A DNA stretch of 64,000 nucleotides from Lama glama. Lineage: Eukaryota. Shown in pieces: positions 52,901-64,000 of this stretch. The stretch is from contig CM052829.1 in NCBI GenBank assembly GCA_028534125.1, positions 38,936,001-39,000,000 on the forward strand, read 5' to 3'. The translations under genes and the position numbers were made by a program. A model generated the notes under the pieces. That model was not told the DNA's origin. It made no database searches and saw only the letters and a list, made by a program, of their open reading frames with translations. Each line of letters opens with the position of its first letter. The stretch's first letter is position 1.

Positions 52901-55628
52901 TACTCCCCTGGCCATGCTCAGTTCTCAGTCTTGCTAGCTCTTCCCTCTCCACAGTGAGGGGCCCTGAACTATTATGAGCATGCTGATCCCTGGCTGAGCC
53001 ACTGGAACCAATTCTGATCTGGTGCTAGAGAGATTTGAAGTCACCTCTGCTGCTTTCGTGGCATCTGCTTATTTCTGAGGCTTTTCTTCCCATCTGCACC
53101 TCTTGCCTATTCTTATATCACTGCAGGGCTCCTCTCCTAGCCCACTGGTGGTACCTCCTTCTGTGATGCAGGCCTCTGGGGATGGATTGTGAGCTTACAC
53201 GTTATTTGTGTAGTCTGGGCACTGATGGCTAACTTCTGTTATAGCCACTTTCACAGTCCACTTCTGGGTGAAAATCCTATTTTATAATAGGATATTAACC
53301 AGGAATGACCAGTTCTAAATAAAGCACTAATCCTTTGGACTAAAGTTTGTATATATTTAATATGTTTTCTGTATACAAAGTAGAAATCATTTTGATTTTG
53401 TCCCTTTTTGGAAAAATGGTCTCTAACATCCAGTGAGACAGAGTGTATTATTGGAAGTTACCAAATCAAGAGATAATTTCTTCTTCAGAATTGATCTTTT
53501 GTAAGTGAATATCTTCTATAGAACAGATGTTCTATTAACTAGAGCCACATCGTGAATCTCTACTATGAAATCTGATTATTGAGAACTCTATTGGTGAAGA
53601 ATTCTTGAACTTAAAATGTATTACTGATTTTTTAAAATTGGTATTGGATGACTATGCTTTTGTAAAATTATTCATAGACGAAAGCTTACCAGTTGACCAG
53701 TTGTAGAAACCCAAGAAAACAAGTGTTCTGATATCTTAGAGAATTCAAACCAAGCTCATCTGTTACAAAGCATTTTAAAAGTAATTTCTGTTTTTAAATT
53801 GTTTAATAAGGAAAGATTATTATTTGTCATTTCAAAATCCCTTGAAAAGTCAGTTAAGTGGAAAGTAACTGAAGGCTCTGACTGCTGGAAGTCTTGTTTT
53901 AATAACTGAAGAATCTAGATTCAGAAATTCAAAGTGATCTCAAGCTGCTTGGGGCAAAGGTGAAGAAGGGAAGAGAGAGATAATAAAAATCTGGCATACA
54001 GTTTCTGCAAGATTTTTGGTCAATAAATCTCAACTCTTAAATCTCTGCTCTGATCTAAAAGAAACATCCAACAAAGCATGCCAATGTTGTGTGTTACTGA
54101 GAAGTGTCATCAGGTTATACACAGTTCAGAAGGAAATTGATGGAAAACCACAAGTTCATTTTAGTGAGGATTTCAGAGATATTTAGTTAAAATGGGTTCT
54201 GTTCTATCTGGCCAACACTGATAACTTGTGGAAAGGAAAACCTGTCCATCCTGCTATTATTAAAAGTTGAGGATCTAGAAAAGGCACACACAGATGAGGG
54301 CACAGATATTTGTTTTGGAAATAATGCAGTTGTACTTATCTGTAGCATTCATGTAAAATGGCACTTTTAGTTCAGTGTTTTATGTTCCCAGTGTATTTAA
54401 GTTAAACAGAGGACTGCAGTAAGATAGTCCCCAAATGTTGGAACCTGGTCACAAAAGGTTCACATTCTCCATGGTTGAATATAGTCAAAATCAACATAGA
54501 ATCAATAAGTATATTCATGTGAAGAGAAACATACCTTGCTGATAAATATAGAATGTTTCTCAAATCTTCATTTTGAGGGTGAGTGTGTGCTTAAAGAATT
54601 CATGACTGGAATGTGATGATGTAGAGAAACTGAAGTCAACTCAATGATGTCATAATCTGACTGAGATAAGGATGAATTAGGGAAAGAATTGCTTGGAGTT
54701 CAGATCTATCTCCTAGTCTCTCTTGCCAGTGACCAGGAACATCCATTCCTAAATGAAGTGTCAATACCCTTGGATTAAATTTATTCTGGAGATAATTCTA
54801 TGTGACCACCAATTTAGTGGAATTTTCCTTGGGAAACTTTCCAACTTTCTTTGCCCTAATTTGTACCTCACCAATATTCCATCCAAACCCCAAACAAGAA
54901 GAAAAATCTGAGGACACATTACAAGCTCTATTCTTTTGCATCAGCTCTAGTGCTCTTAAATAAACTGATCATATAAATCTTTAACTTCTTATGGGTTTGG
55001 TAAAGGTGAGTCAATGAAGGTAGGAAAGAGAAACTTCAAACTATTGCTAATATTTCAACAAACCTAATAGAAATTACATGTTTTTCATTGATGGGGTTAT
55101 AATAGTCAATTATTCTAGCTAAAGATTCTTGGCAAGAATTATGTCACGTCATAGGGCAGCAACATTGGTTATTAGAGTCTTATGTGTGTGTGTTGGGGGT
55201 GGCTAAAAAGAAAACAATGATAGGAATTGTTGGAAAAGAGATAGGAATCACTGTTGTCTGAACAGATACACTCTGGTTTAATTAATAAACCAAGTTTCTT
55301 GATCTACAAAGCTGAAGTTTGCACTGTGTACTTACTTTTTTGTGAAGAGTTTCCCATTTACTGTCATGACTCTTTAGATACAGGAAGAATGAGTAATTTT
55401 GAATTTTGAGGTAGGTAGGCAAAAAGACATCATAATAAATCATCATAGTGTAATAAACTCCATTTCTGAGTTAACGAGGAAGTGAAGTTGAAAGATCAGT
55501 CCATCACTGGAGAGCTATGCAGAAACAGAAGAGTGAAGAGAAAGCATTTAGAAGGTCAGGTATGAATCTAGAACAGTCTAAAAGTTTACCCTTGACACTT
55601 CTGTAAAAGAATAATATGTGCTATAGGG

Positions 55629-55843
55629 CAGGATTTTTTCCATCTCAGCACTGTTGATATTTTGAGCTGGACAGTTCTTTGTTGGAGGAATGCCCTGTGC
55701 ATTCTAGGGTGTTTATCAGCATTCCTGGACTCTACCTAGTGGATGCCAATAGCATCCTCCTAGTGGTGGCAATAAAGTGTTCTCAACATTGCCAAATGTT
55801 GGGAGAGGGTTGGGTACAAGATTGCCGTGGTAGAAAATCAATG
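55629..55843. mobile_element. MER20 hAT-Charlie MITE
   Basis: ctcagcactgttgatattttgagctggacagttctttgttgg...ccctgtgcattctagggtgtttatcagcattcctggactctacctagtggatgccaatagca...acattgccaaatgt. Confidence 0.88.
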
Positions 55844-56369
55844 CTCTGATGCTCTGGCAGGCTTGCTGGGCACAATTCCTTAACAAAGTAGCTTTTCTTG
55901 GTGCTTTTCTTTTGCTGTATTATATCTTCAAGTGTTGGGGAAACCAATTAATTGATTCTAAGGTGTTGAAAGAATCTTTACAGCTAATCAGTTGGCTTTG
56001 ATGCAAACAATGCAGGTTCTTGTATCACAAGTTAAAGACGTCAAATGACATACAGTTGTGTTTTATTATCAGTCAGTAACTCCACCCTCTTCCAGATTAT
56101 CTGGCAAAATATGCCATTTAAAAGATAGGAGTCCACTTTTCCAGGATACCTGCCTTTGTATTTTGTTCTAATTTGTCACCTAACAAAATGAAAGAGGAAA
56201 TGTAACTTGTCCCACAACTTATTTAAAAATAATATCCTACGCAGTTGTTTTCAACTTTGTTCGTTTTTTAACAGAACTCTCTTCCTTAGATATCTATTGG
56301 GGAAAAAATCACTATTTAAAATAGATAAAAATAGTATCCGAGTAATATGCCCAGTTGTAAGGTCATTTT

Positions 56370-57610
56370 ACTATATTTTCTTATAATATAATGCTACATT
56401 TCAATCCACAGATGCTGTTTGAATTTTCCCAATACTGTTTTTTTCCTTATGGTCCAAAATTATGCATTATGATTATTTTTACCACTCTTTCATCTTCTTT
56501 AATCTGGACCATTTCCTTAGTCTTTCCTTTTAATTCATGACCTTGACAGATTAAAGAATACAGACATTTCACTTGATAGGATGTCCGTCAATCTGGGACT
56601 TTATGAGATTTTCTTATGACCAGACTCAGATCATTCATTCCTGGCAGGAAGACCTCAGAAACGATGCTGTGCTCTTCCCAAGTTAATCTCACAATGGAGG
56701 CTCAGGACCACAATCCATCCCACCCCTGGTGATGCCAATCTTGAACGCTTGGTCAAGTTGCTAGCTTTTAACACCTTAAATGTCACCATTTCCCCATTTT
56801 GTAATTGATAAAAATTTTATGTTGAGATACTTCAAAGCTATGCCAATAGCCTCAAACTCATTTAGCCTCCACTCACCAGCCTTAGCATCCTTTCCTGATT
56901 CCTGCCTGAATTAAAGACTATTATATATGGCTGTCAAATGGTGATTTCCTATTTCCATCATTTATTTGTTGGCGTTCTAATGTAGGATAGATTTTTTTCT
57001 CTTCCCCTTCATTTTTCATTCAAATATTTCTTTCTATCAGTATACATTTAAAGATTCCTATTTTATTCAAAGGATTGTGATCTATTACTGTCATTATTCT
57101 GATGCTCAGTTTTCCAGAACTGGTCAGTTGGAAACTTTGTAAACTGACCCCCAAGTCTTTTTGACAATGTTTACATCATTCTCTGAACATTCCCTTACTT
57201 TCTGCGACAATAAGATAATCCAAGCCCGTATTGTTTCTTCCCCACCCAGGTGCTGGAATCTTTGTGTTTATCGTAGGAGTCCTGGTTCCTTTTAGTGGAG
57301 AATATTATCTGGAAACCAAAATCTCTCAGAATGCTCATTGCTACTGGAGCATCACTACTTTTAGACTCTCTTGGGAAACAGAATTGAAATTCTGTATGTA
57401 TATACATACAGATGCATATATATGTATTTCTACACATAAATCTGTATCTACTTATCCATCATCAATTTATCTGAAATTACAAGTTCACTCCAGTAGTCCC
57501 AGTTCCAGTTCATAATCTCAGGGTTATTTCTGACTTTCTCATTTCTTTCACTTTCTTTGACAGTGAGGAACTTGGCTCTCACTATTGACAATATAGGTAT
57601 ATTTTCTCAA
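56370..57610 (-). mobile_element. L1MC-type 3' end, antisense
   Basis: ttcatgaccttgaca...gaccagactcag; ggagtcctggttccttttagtggagaatattatctggaaaccaaaatct...tgctcattgctactgg; cagtgaggaacttggctctc. Confidence 0.8.
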
Positions 57611-58304
57611 AGTGATTGTCTGTAACTAACCTACCTATCATGCTTTGTTCCTTTTCTACCATCTTCAAGGCAAGGGAAGGAAACTGAAAGGTGCAGCTAT
57701 AGTTTTCAATTTACGTGGCAAGTGTGGCCTTGGGTATTCACTAAAGTGCATCTCTAGAGGTATTTGCTAATCATTTTACCCATTTTTCAGTTTCTCTTGC
57801 TCCAGGTTTGGTTATAGAATATTTTGTGGAATTAGTCAGAGAATAACGTTCAACAATTGTCCTTGGTCTAGCTACTATTTCTTAATTTTACCCCTCTTCT
57901 TCCTCATCTGTTCTGCCACTGCTGTTGACTTATTTCTTGCTTTAGTTGCTTTAATGGGCTCCTAAATGCCACCACTCTTGTTCCCCTTAAGATCTTCCTT
58001 CACATAAACACTAGAGTGATCCCTTTAAAACACAAAGCTGAGTACAACATTCTACTGCTTTAACATTTCTCATTGGCTTTCCTATTGCTCCAAACTCATT
58101 AATGTGGTTTATAAGGACTTATGTAGCTTGATGAATTCTTGTTTTCTCTCCAATCCATTGCTAATCACTTTGTTCTCTGAACTTTCTATGTCAGCTACCA
58201 CAGGTGCTTATACATATAAAAAAAAGTCATTAAAAGAGTAATTTTTGATACCAAAGTTTCTGGATTTGAATTCTCTTTTATTGCCTGATTAGGCATGTGT
58301 TTGT

Positions 58305-58730
58305 GTGACCCAGTTACTATTGGTATAAAACAAACCACTCAAAACTTAGTGGTATAAAACAATAACCATTTTAAGGCCAGATTTTGTGGATTTGGATTCA
58401 GAAAAGGGCCAGTGGGGACAGTTCTTCTGTGCTGGGTCTAGAGGATCCATTTCTGAGATGACTTCTCACATGTCTGGTGCCTGAGCTGATGGCTGAAGGA
58501 TCGTCTCCACTGGGATGTCCACCAGAGAGCCTCCATGTGGCCACTCCAGCATGGCCATCTCCAGGTAGTTGGACATTTTACCGGCAGCTCAGGGATCCTA
58601 CATGTGTGGTTCAGCAAACCGGGTGGAAGTTGCTTGACCTTTTATGATCTGGCCTCAGAAATCATATAGTGTCTCTTCCACTATACTCTATTGATCGTAG
58701 CAAGATTCAAGGGAAGGAGACATAGATCTT
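58305..58730 (-). mobile_element. MaLR MLT1-type solo LTR
   Basis: acaaaccactcaaaacttagtggtataaaacaataaccattt...cacatgtctggtgcc...ggtagttggacatttta...ggcctcagaaatcatatagtgtc. Confidence 0.75.
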
Positions 58731-59109
58731 TTAAATGTTTTAAAACTGTCATACCTTGGAGGTAAATTGGAGATACTAGAAGTATGGATTGAATGAGATA
58801 TTTTATAAGGTGGCTAATACTTAGTAAGGGGTTGATAAATATTAGATGTTTTTGTTTTTCAATGACATTTCTGCCTGGAATTTGGGTGCTGTTCCTCATT
58901 GTCTGATGAAGTTGGAGATGGATCAGCACCTCTCTCAGGAAGACTTCTCTCACTCTTAAAATTGCCACGGGAAGTTTCAAGGCTCTCTGACCACTACAAT
59001 GCTTTATAAATGCTTGTTTATGTGTTTGTTTTGCCTACTAATCTGAGGCCTCTAGGGCAAAGACAGTTAATATAGTATCACTAGCATACAGGGACCCAGA
59101 CCTTGAGAT

Positions 59110-59705
59110 TGGATGATCCACTTTGCCTGGGACAATCTGCATTTACATCTGCTGTTGTAGCACAGTTTTTGTTATTGTTGTTGGTTTTTTTTCTTTTAGA
59201 ACTCGGGTACTTTTATTTTATTTTTTAAAAATATTAACTCTAATAACTGTCCTAAGAGGATTGTATTATTTCTGCAGGAACTGAATCAAAGAATATAAGT
59301 CACTTGCCTCAGGTCATACAGATGATACTGGTAGAGCTGAGCTAGGACTCAGATCTTCTGACCTAAATCCAGGGCACTGTCCTTTTTTTTTTTTTTTTTT
59401 AATTGAAGTGGGTAGTCAGTTTACAACATTGTGTCAATTTCTGGTGTACAGCACAATGTTTCAGTCATATATATAAATATATTCGTTTTCATATTCTTTT
59501 TCATTATAGGTCACTACAGATATTGTGTATAGTTCCCTGTGCTATACAGTATAAACTTGTTGTTTACCTATTTTTTATACAGTAGTTAGTATCTGCTAAT
59601 CTCGAACTCCCAATTTATCCCTTCCCACCCGTAGCACAGTTGTTAATAGTTCCACATTTTATTCTCAGAAGGTTCCCAGGTTGGATGATAAATTATGCAG
59701 CATAT
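59110..59705. mobile_element. MER81-like hAT-Blackjack MITE split by the L1/transduction insertion
   Basis: tttgcctgggacaatctgcatttacatctgctgttgtagcacagtt | gttaatagttccacattttattctcagaaggttcccaggttggatgataaattat joins into one element. Confidence 0.65.
59383..59630 (-). mobile_element. 5'-truncated young L1 3' end with long poly(A)
   Basis: T18 run, then aattgaagtgggtagtcagtttacaacattgtgtcaatttctggtgtacagc...atagttccctgtgctatacagt...tcccaatttatcccttcccaccc. Confidence 0.9.
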
Positions 59706-62562
59706 ACTCAAAGACCCTTCTTGAGTCTCAGTCATGTTGTTAATGGAAAGACTGCCCTGGGCCCTCTGACACACTCTCCCACTGTAGCACTGGGTACTTA
59801 TGGATAACACTGGAGCCTGGGAAATTCACCTCTCACCAACGGGGTAGGAAAGCTGTTGAGGGAAATATCCCTTATGATGTCCCAGTGAACCAGCTGGTAG
59901 TGCTGAATCACTGGCAGCATTTCCCAAAAATGAATTAGGAAACTGTTTTCAGTTGACTCAAAGGGTGTGGGGCTGTCACTGGTCTATAATGACTAGAAAG
60001 GAATCACCTGGTTAGCTTTGATTTATGTTGAAAGGTAGCTTAAGTCCCCTTTGAAGCCCATTTATGTTGTTCTCCAAGGGTCTTCAGGTATTGCCCCAAA
60101 GATGTTCTTCAGGAAACACTGGCTGATGAGTGCTCTTTGGTTGTGCTAAGGAGGAGTTTTAAATGGAGCAAAATTGAGTTAGGACTAAATTGTAAATGAG
60201 CTAATGCTCTGATGTTTGCACTTACCTGGAAAAACAGGTTTAAAAGATACCAGAAATCAAGCCATGGGATCACTCAAGAAAGGAGTTTGAAAGAATGTGT
60301 CATCACCTTGGAGAGGCCTGCCAATGGCCATTTTTGGAAGTGAATGGGACTTTTTTGCCTTTTAGTTGGTCTTCCTCATTTTTCAAGGTCCAGTTTAAGT
60401 CCTACTTTGTCAAAGAAATTTTTCTGGGTTGCTACAGACAGCCTCACCTCTCCTTGACCTCTGCTTCCCCACTTTGGAGCTTGCCTTTATTTTAAAATTT
60501 TGTTTATCTGGCAGTTCTCCTGTAACAACAATAGCCTTTGATGCAGCACTTAAGCGTGCCAACCGCTGTGCTGAGTTCCTTGCAACAATAATTCCTTCTA
60601 ATCCTTACCACCAGGTAAATACTGTTACCTACATTTTATAGGTAAGGAAACACAGGTAACGCTGTATTATTATTTATGTTATTAGCATTACATCACCTCT
60701 TCCCACCTAACTTGTAATCCTCTCAAGAACTGCAAACAGGTTTCTTACTTCTTGGTGTCTTAGTTTCCCCACATATGGTAGGAACCCAAAGGAGCAAGTT
60801 GTTGATGTTAATGGCTGATATTTCTTTCTGAATACTCCATGAAGATGTAATTTTAAACCTAAATGCAGGCCATCTTGAAAGCCTCAGAAACCTCATATGA
60901 AGCCAGGGAAATTAAGTGTGAAGAGAAGGAATAATATATACGTGGGACTTGCCATTTTGAAAGTCCATTGATGTTGCTTTGAAACACAGGAAGCTTTGCT
61001 TCAGCATTTGTTTAAAAGAGGAAGAAATTGTTTAAAATGTTAGGCACATTGTGACTATTTGAATATTCTCGGCTTGATTTCCTGCATTGCGTCTTTGAAA
61101 GTGTCCTGATTTTCATATGTATTCCAGTGCTGACTGGTATTTCCTGTCTCAGCCTGAAAAATGGGATTTGACTCTTAACGGGGAATCGGCAGTATCAGCA
61201 TCAGCTGCAATGACAGAGATGTTGAAACGATGACTAGCACATGGGAACACATTTGAATTTTGATCTTAAAATAAGCCACACACCCTGAAAGTATATAAAT
61301 GTATATGAAATAAGTCTGAGTGCCTTATCATAACTCTGTCTGATTTTTATTGACAAGAATATTTCCATTTAGAGTTCTTTAATTCTTGCCTCAAAGAGTT
61401 GGCCAAAAATCGTTTTTGTGTGTTTTGGACTCGCATCCTTAAGTTGTCAGATATTATGTGTGAAGAGGTCATTCAGGGTAGAATCATGAAAATTACAGAT
61501 GGAAAGTTGGGTCATTTTCTTTCTCCTTTTCCAGTATAGGCTGTTTTCTTTACAGAATATTCTCAAGTGTTTTTTCCATCCTTGTTTATTGTGTGCTTAT
61601 AGACACAGCCTAGGGAGGCATAATGATAGTCGGCAATTATTAAACATAATCACAGAACTGAGTTAGAAAAGGTTCATTAATATCCTTTCAAGTAGATGTA
61701 AAAAATGTTTGGCCCCTTCTTTGGGGCATATGCAAGGCCTCTAATTTATGGGAAAATGAATGAAATAAACAACCTGATCGGTTTGGTCTTGGGTGTCTGG
61801 TAAGTTAGAGTTTGGCTTCATATTCTAGCCATAACTTGGGCCTTTCCAATTTGCGAGGTCCCAGAGACACTGACCTCAAGGCTTGATCTGTGTTTTATTG
61901 GTCCCTGTATGTCCACATCTGAGCTGGTGCCTGGCAGACATCAGTTGGGTAATTAAATAATGAATTATGCCCAAATTAGGAAAAAAAAAAAAGTAGAGCA
62001 GCCATGTATCTAGAGTTTTTGACACCCACTGCTGATCATTTTTAACACTGTTACATGAAAAATGTATTTCAGTAATAATTATGCTATGAAATGAATCCTA
62101 GTAACAGCCAGAAACATGGACAATGAAATTTTATTAACCTTAATAGATAATCATGCAAATGAATAAATTAAAAATAAAAACAAAACAAATGTTATGGAAC
62201 AAAAATATTTTAGTTCTACATCTGTAAAGTAAAATATAATACATTAATGATTTCCTGGGAAAAGAGAAAATATTTTATATTGCCATGTACCTTGTTCCAT
62301 TATTTCCTGAGGCAGGATTGAAGTAACTCAAGTTTTCCTTCTTTGTCTTCACAATTATTGTTTGTTTTGAATACATGAAGCTGTAGCACCCTAGGAGCTG
62401 GAGATGCTCACTGCCCTCCAGGCCAGCTCAAAGGATTCCTAGCCATTTTGAACTTATTCCCTAAATGCATATGGGCAGCTGAGTTTCTGGGTGTACAAAT
62501 GGGAGTTCTTTGACTTAATTTCCATGTGCATAGAGAATGATGTTTATTTAAGAATAATACAG

Positions 62563-62771
62563 GTACTAACTACTATATATAAAATAGATAAACAAGCTTC
62601 TTCTGTATATATAGCACAGGGAACTATATTCAATATCTTATAGTAACCTGTAATGAAAAAGAATATGAATATGAATATATAATGTATATGTATGAATGAA
62701 ACATTATGCTGTACACCAGAAATTGACACATTGAAAACTGAATATACTTCAATTAAAACAAGAAGAATTAA
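62563..62771 (+). mobile_element. 5'-truncated young L1 3' end
   Basis: tatataaaatagataaacaag...tatagcacagggaactatattcaatatctt...gctgtacaccagaaattgacaca...cttcaattaaaa; TSD aagaataatacag 62550-62562 / aaaaatagtacag 62772-62784. Confidence 0.9.
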
Positions 62772-64000
62772 AAAAATAGTACAGTCTTTATATATTTGAA
62801 GATTACATATTTATTATTAAAATTCAATATAACCACAGCAATTATTTAGAATTTGGGCCAACAAAATATATTTTAAATGAGAGAAGTGTTTTATCACTGA
62901 CATTATTTAAAGTTGAGAGAGCACAGAGAAAGTAGAAAGCAGTGTGCCTTTGAGCTTATTATTTCTTTTAGTTTATTATTTTAAAATTCTTATTATTATT
63001 TAAAAATTCTCTACAGACAGTGAGCGGACCCCTCCCATCCCTGTCTTTGGTACATCACTGTGGAAGATACTAATTTTGCTTTGAACACAGTTTGAGGGAA
63101 AAAAAAAGTGCAAAATCTCAAGGTGTCTACTAGAGTTTGACTTCTACAGTTCACAGGTATCTAATACAGTTTTTTGGATGCTTAACTAGGAGAGAGTGGT
63201 GGATGGGTGAGATCCCTCAGAAGGGGGCTGTGGGCCATTGGAGAGTAGCAGGCCAGTAGCAGGCCCCAGGGGCAGAGGAACTGGCACGTCAGCAATTTAG
63301 AAAGGGAAGTGAGCAGTAGACCAAAGAACAGATATTTCGTTCTGTTGGTGATTGTCTTGGGCTGGGGATGGGAAGAGCAGAAGCAAGACAGTTTTTCTAG
63401 GTGTAATTTCCCATCTCATTTAAATTTCTACCTTTGACCAGAGTTAGCCGTACATGTTTTCCCCATTTTGTTTCTCAGTTCCTGAGAAGATCCCTCCCAC
63501 TCTTCCTTCAGTGGCTTATCTGCTTCTGTCAGGGAATTTTACAGTGAAACTGTGCAAAACAGTGAAACCCTAAAATGCATCCCAGGGTCATCCGGAACAT
63601 TTGCATGCCAGATGCGCAGTGTGAGTAAGGAGTACTTTGCGTTGAATTCCTTCTGACATTATTCTCTTCTCGGGTTCAGTTTTCTCTTGCTGACTTAGGG
63701 TTGGCAGGGAAATCCCCAACATCCTTTGTAGGCATTTTTATACACTTCCTCTCTAGTCAGAGCAAGGGTAACCAAGAAGTACAGTTCTCTGAGATGGCTC
63801 TTGGCCACTCTGTTTTAGTCTTTATCTTCCAGTCCAAGAAAAATCTCATACAGGTATATGAGAATGCCCTGTAACCTGTTTCATCTTGGTGCTTCTATCT
63901 CCTACTCTCTTATCAAAAATGGAGTTTCAAGATACCCATTAGAATGGCTTCTATAAAAATATAACAAGCGTTGGCAAGTATATGGAGAAATTGGAATCTT

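Overview
AT-rich mammalian intronic/intergenic DNA, almost certainly from a camelid: it carries several Vic-1-type tRNA-derived SINEs and cetartiodactyl-type L1 3' ends. About half the window is old interspersed repeat (MIR, L2, L1M, MLT1/MLT2 LTRs, MER5/MER20/MER63/MER81/MER2-type DNA transposons), and there is a 150-N assembly gap. I could not support any intact protein-coding gene. The only protein homology I recognise is a full-length, intronless, multiply disabled retrocopy of monoamine oxidase A (MAOA) on the minus strand (39103-41001), flanked by a perfect 13-bp target-site duplication (TSD). Four observations stand out. (1) A ~1.25-kb foreign cassette with a CpG-island promoter-like head, a Met-Ala-Ala-Ala-stop uORF, splice donors and a terminal AATAAA/A-tail splits an otherwise continuous old L1 ORF1 (17635-18886). 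(2) An L1 3' transduction has two poly(A) tails inside one TSD pair (59157-59641). (3) An ancient Tigger/MER2-type MITE has kept a dense CpG cluster. (4) A consensus recursive-splice-like CAG|GTAAGT motif lies on the minus strand at 60225/60226. Repeat subfamily names and most repeat boundaries are by-eye approximations.
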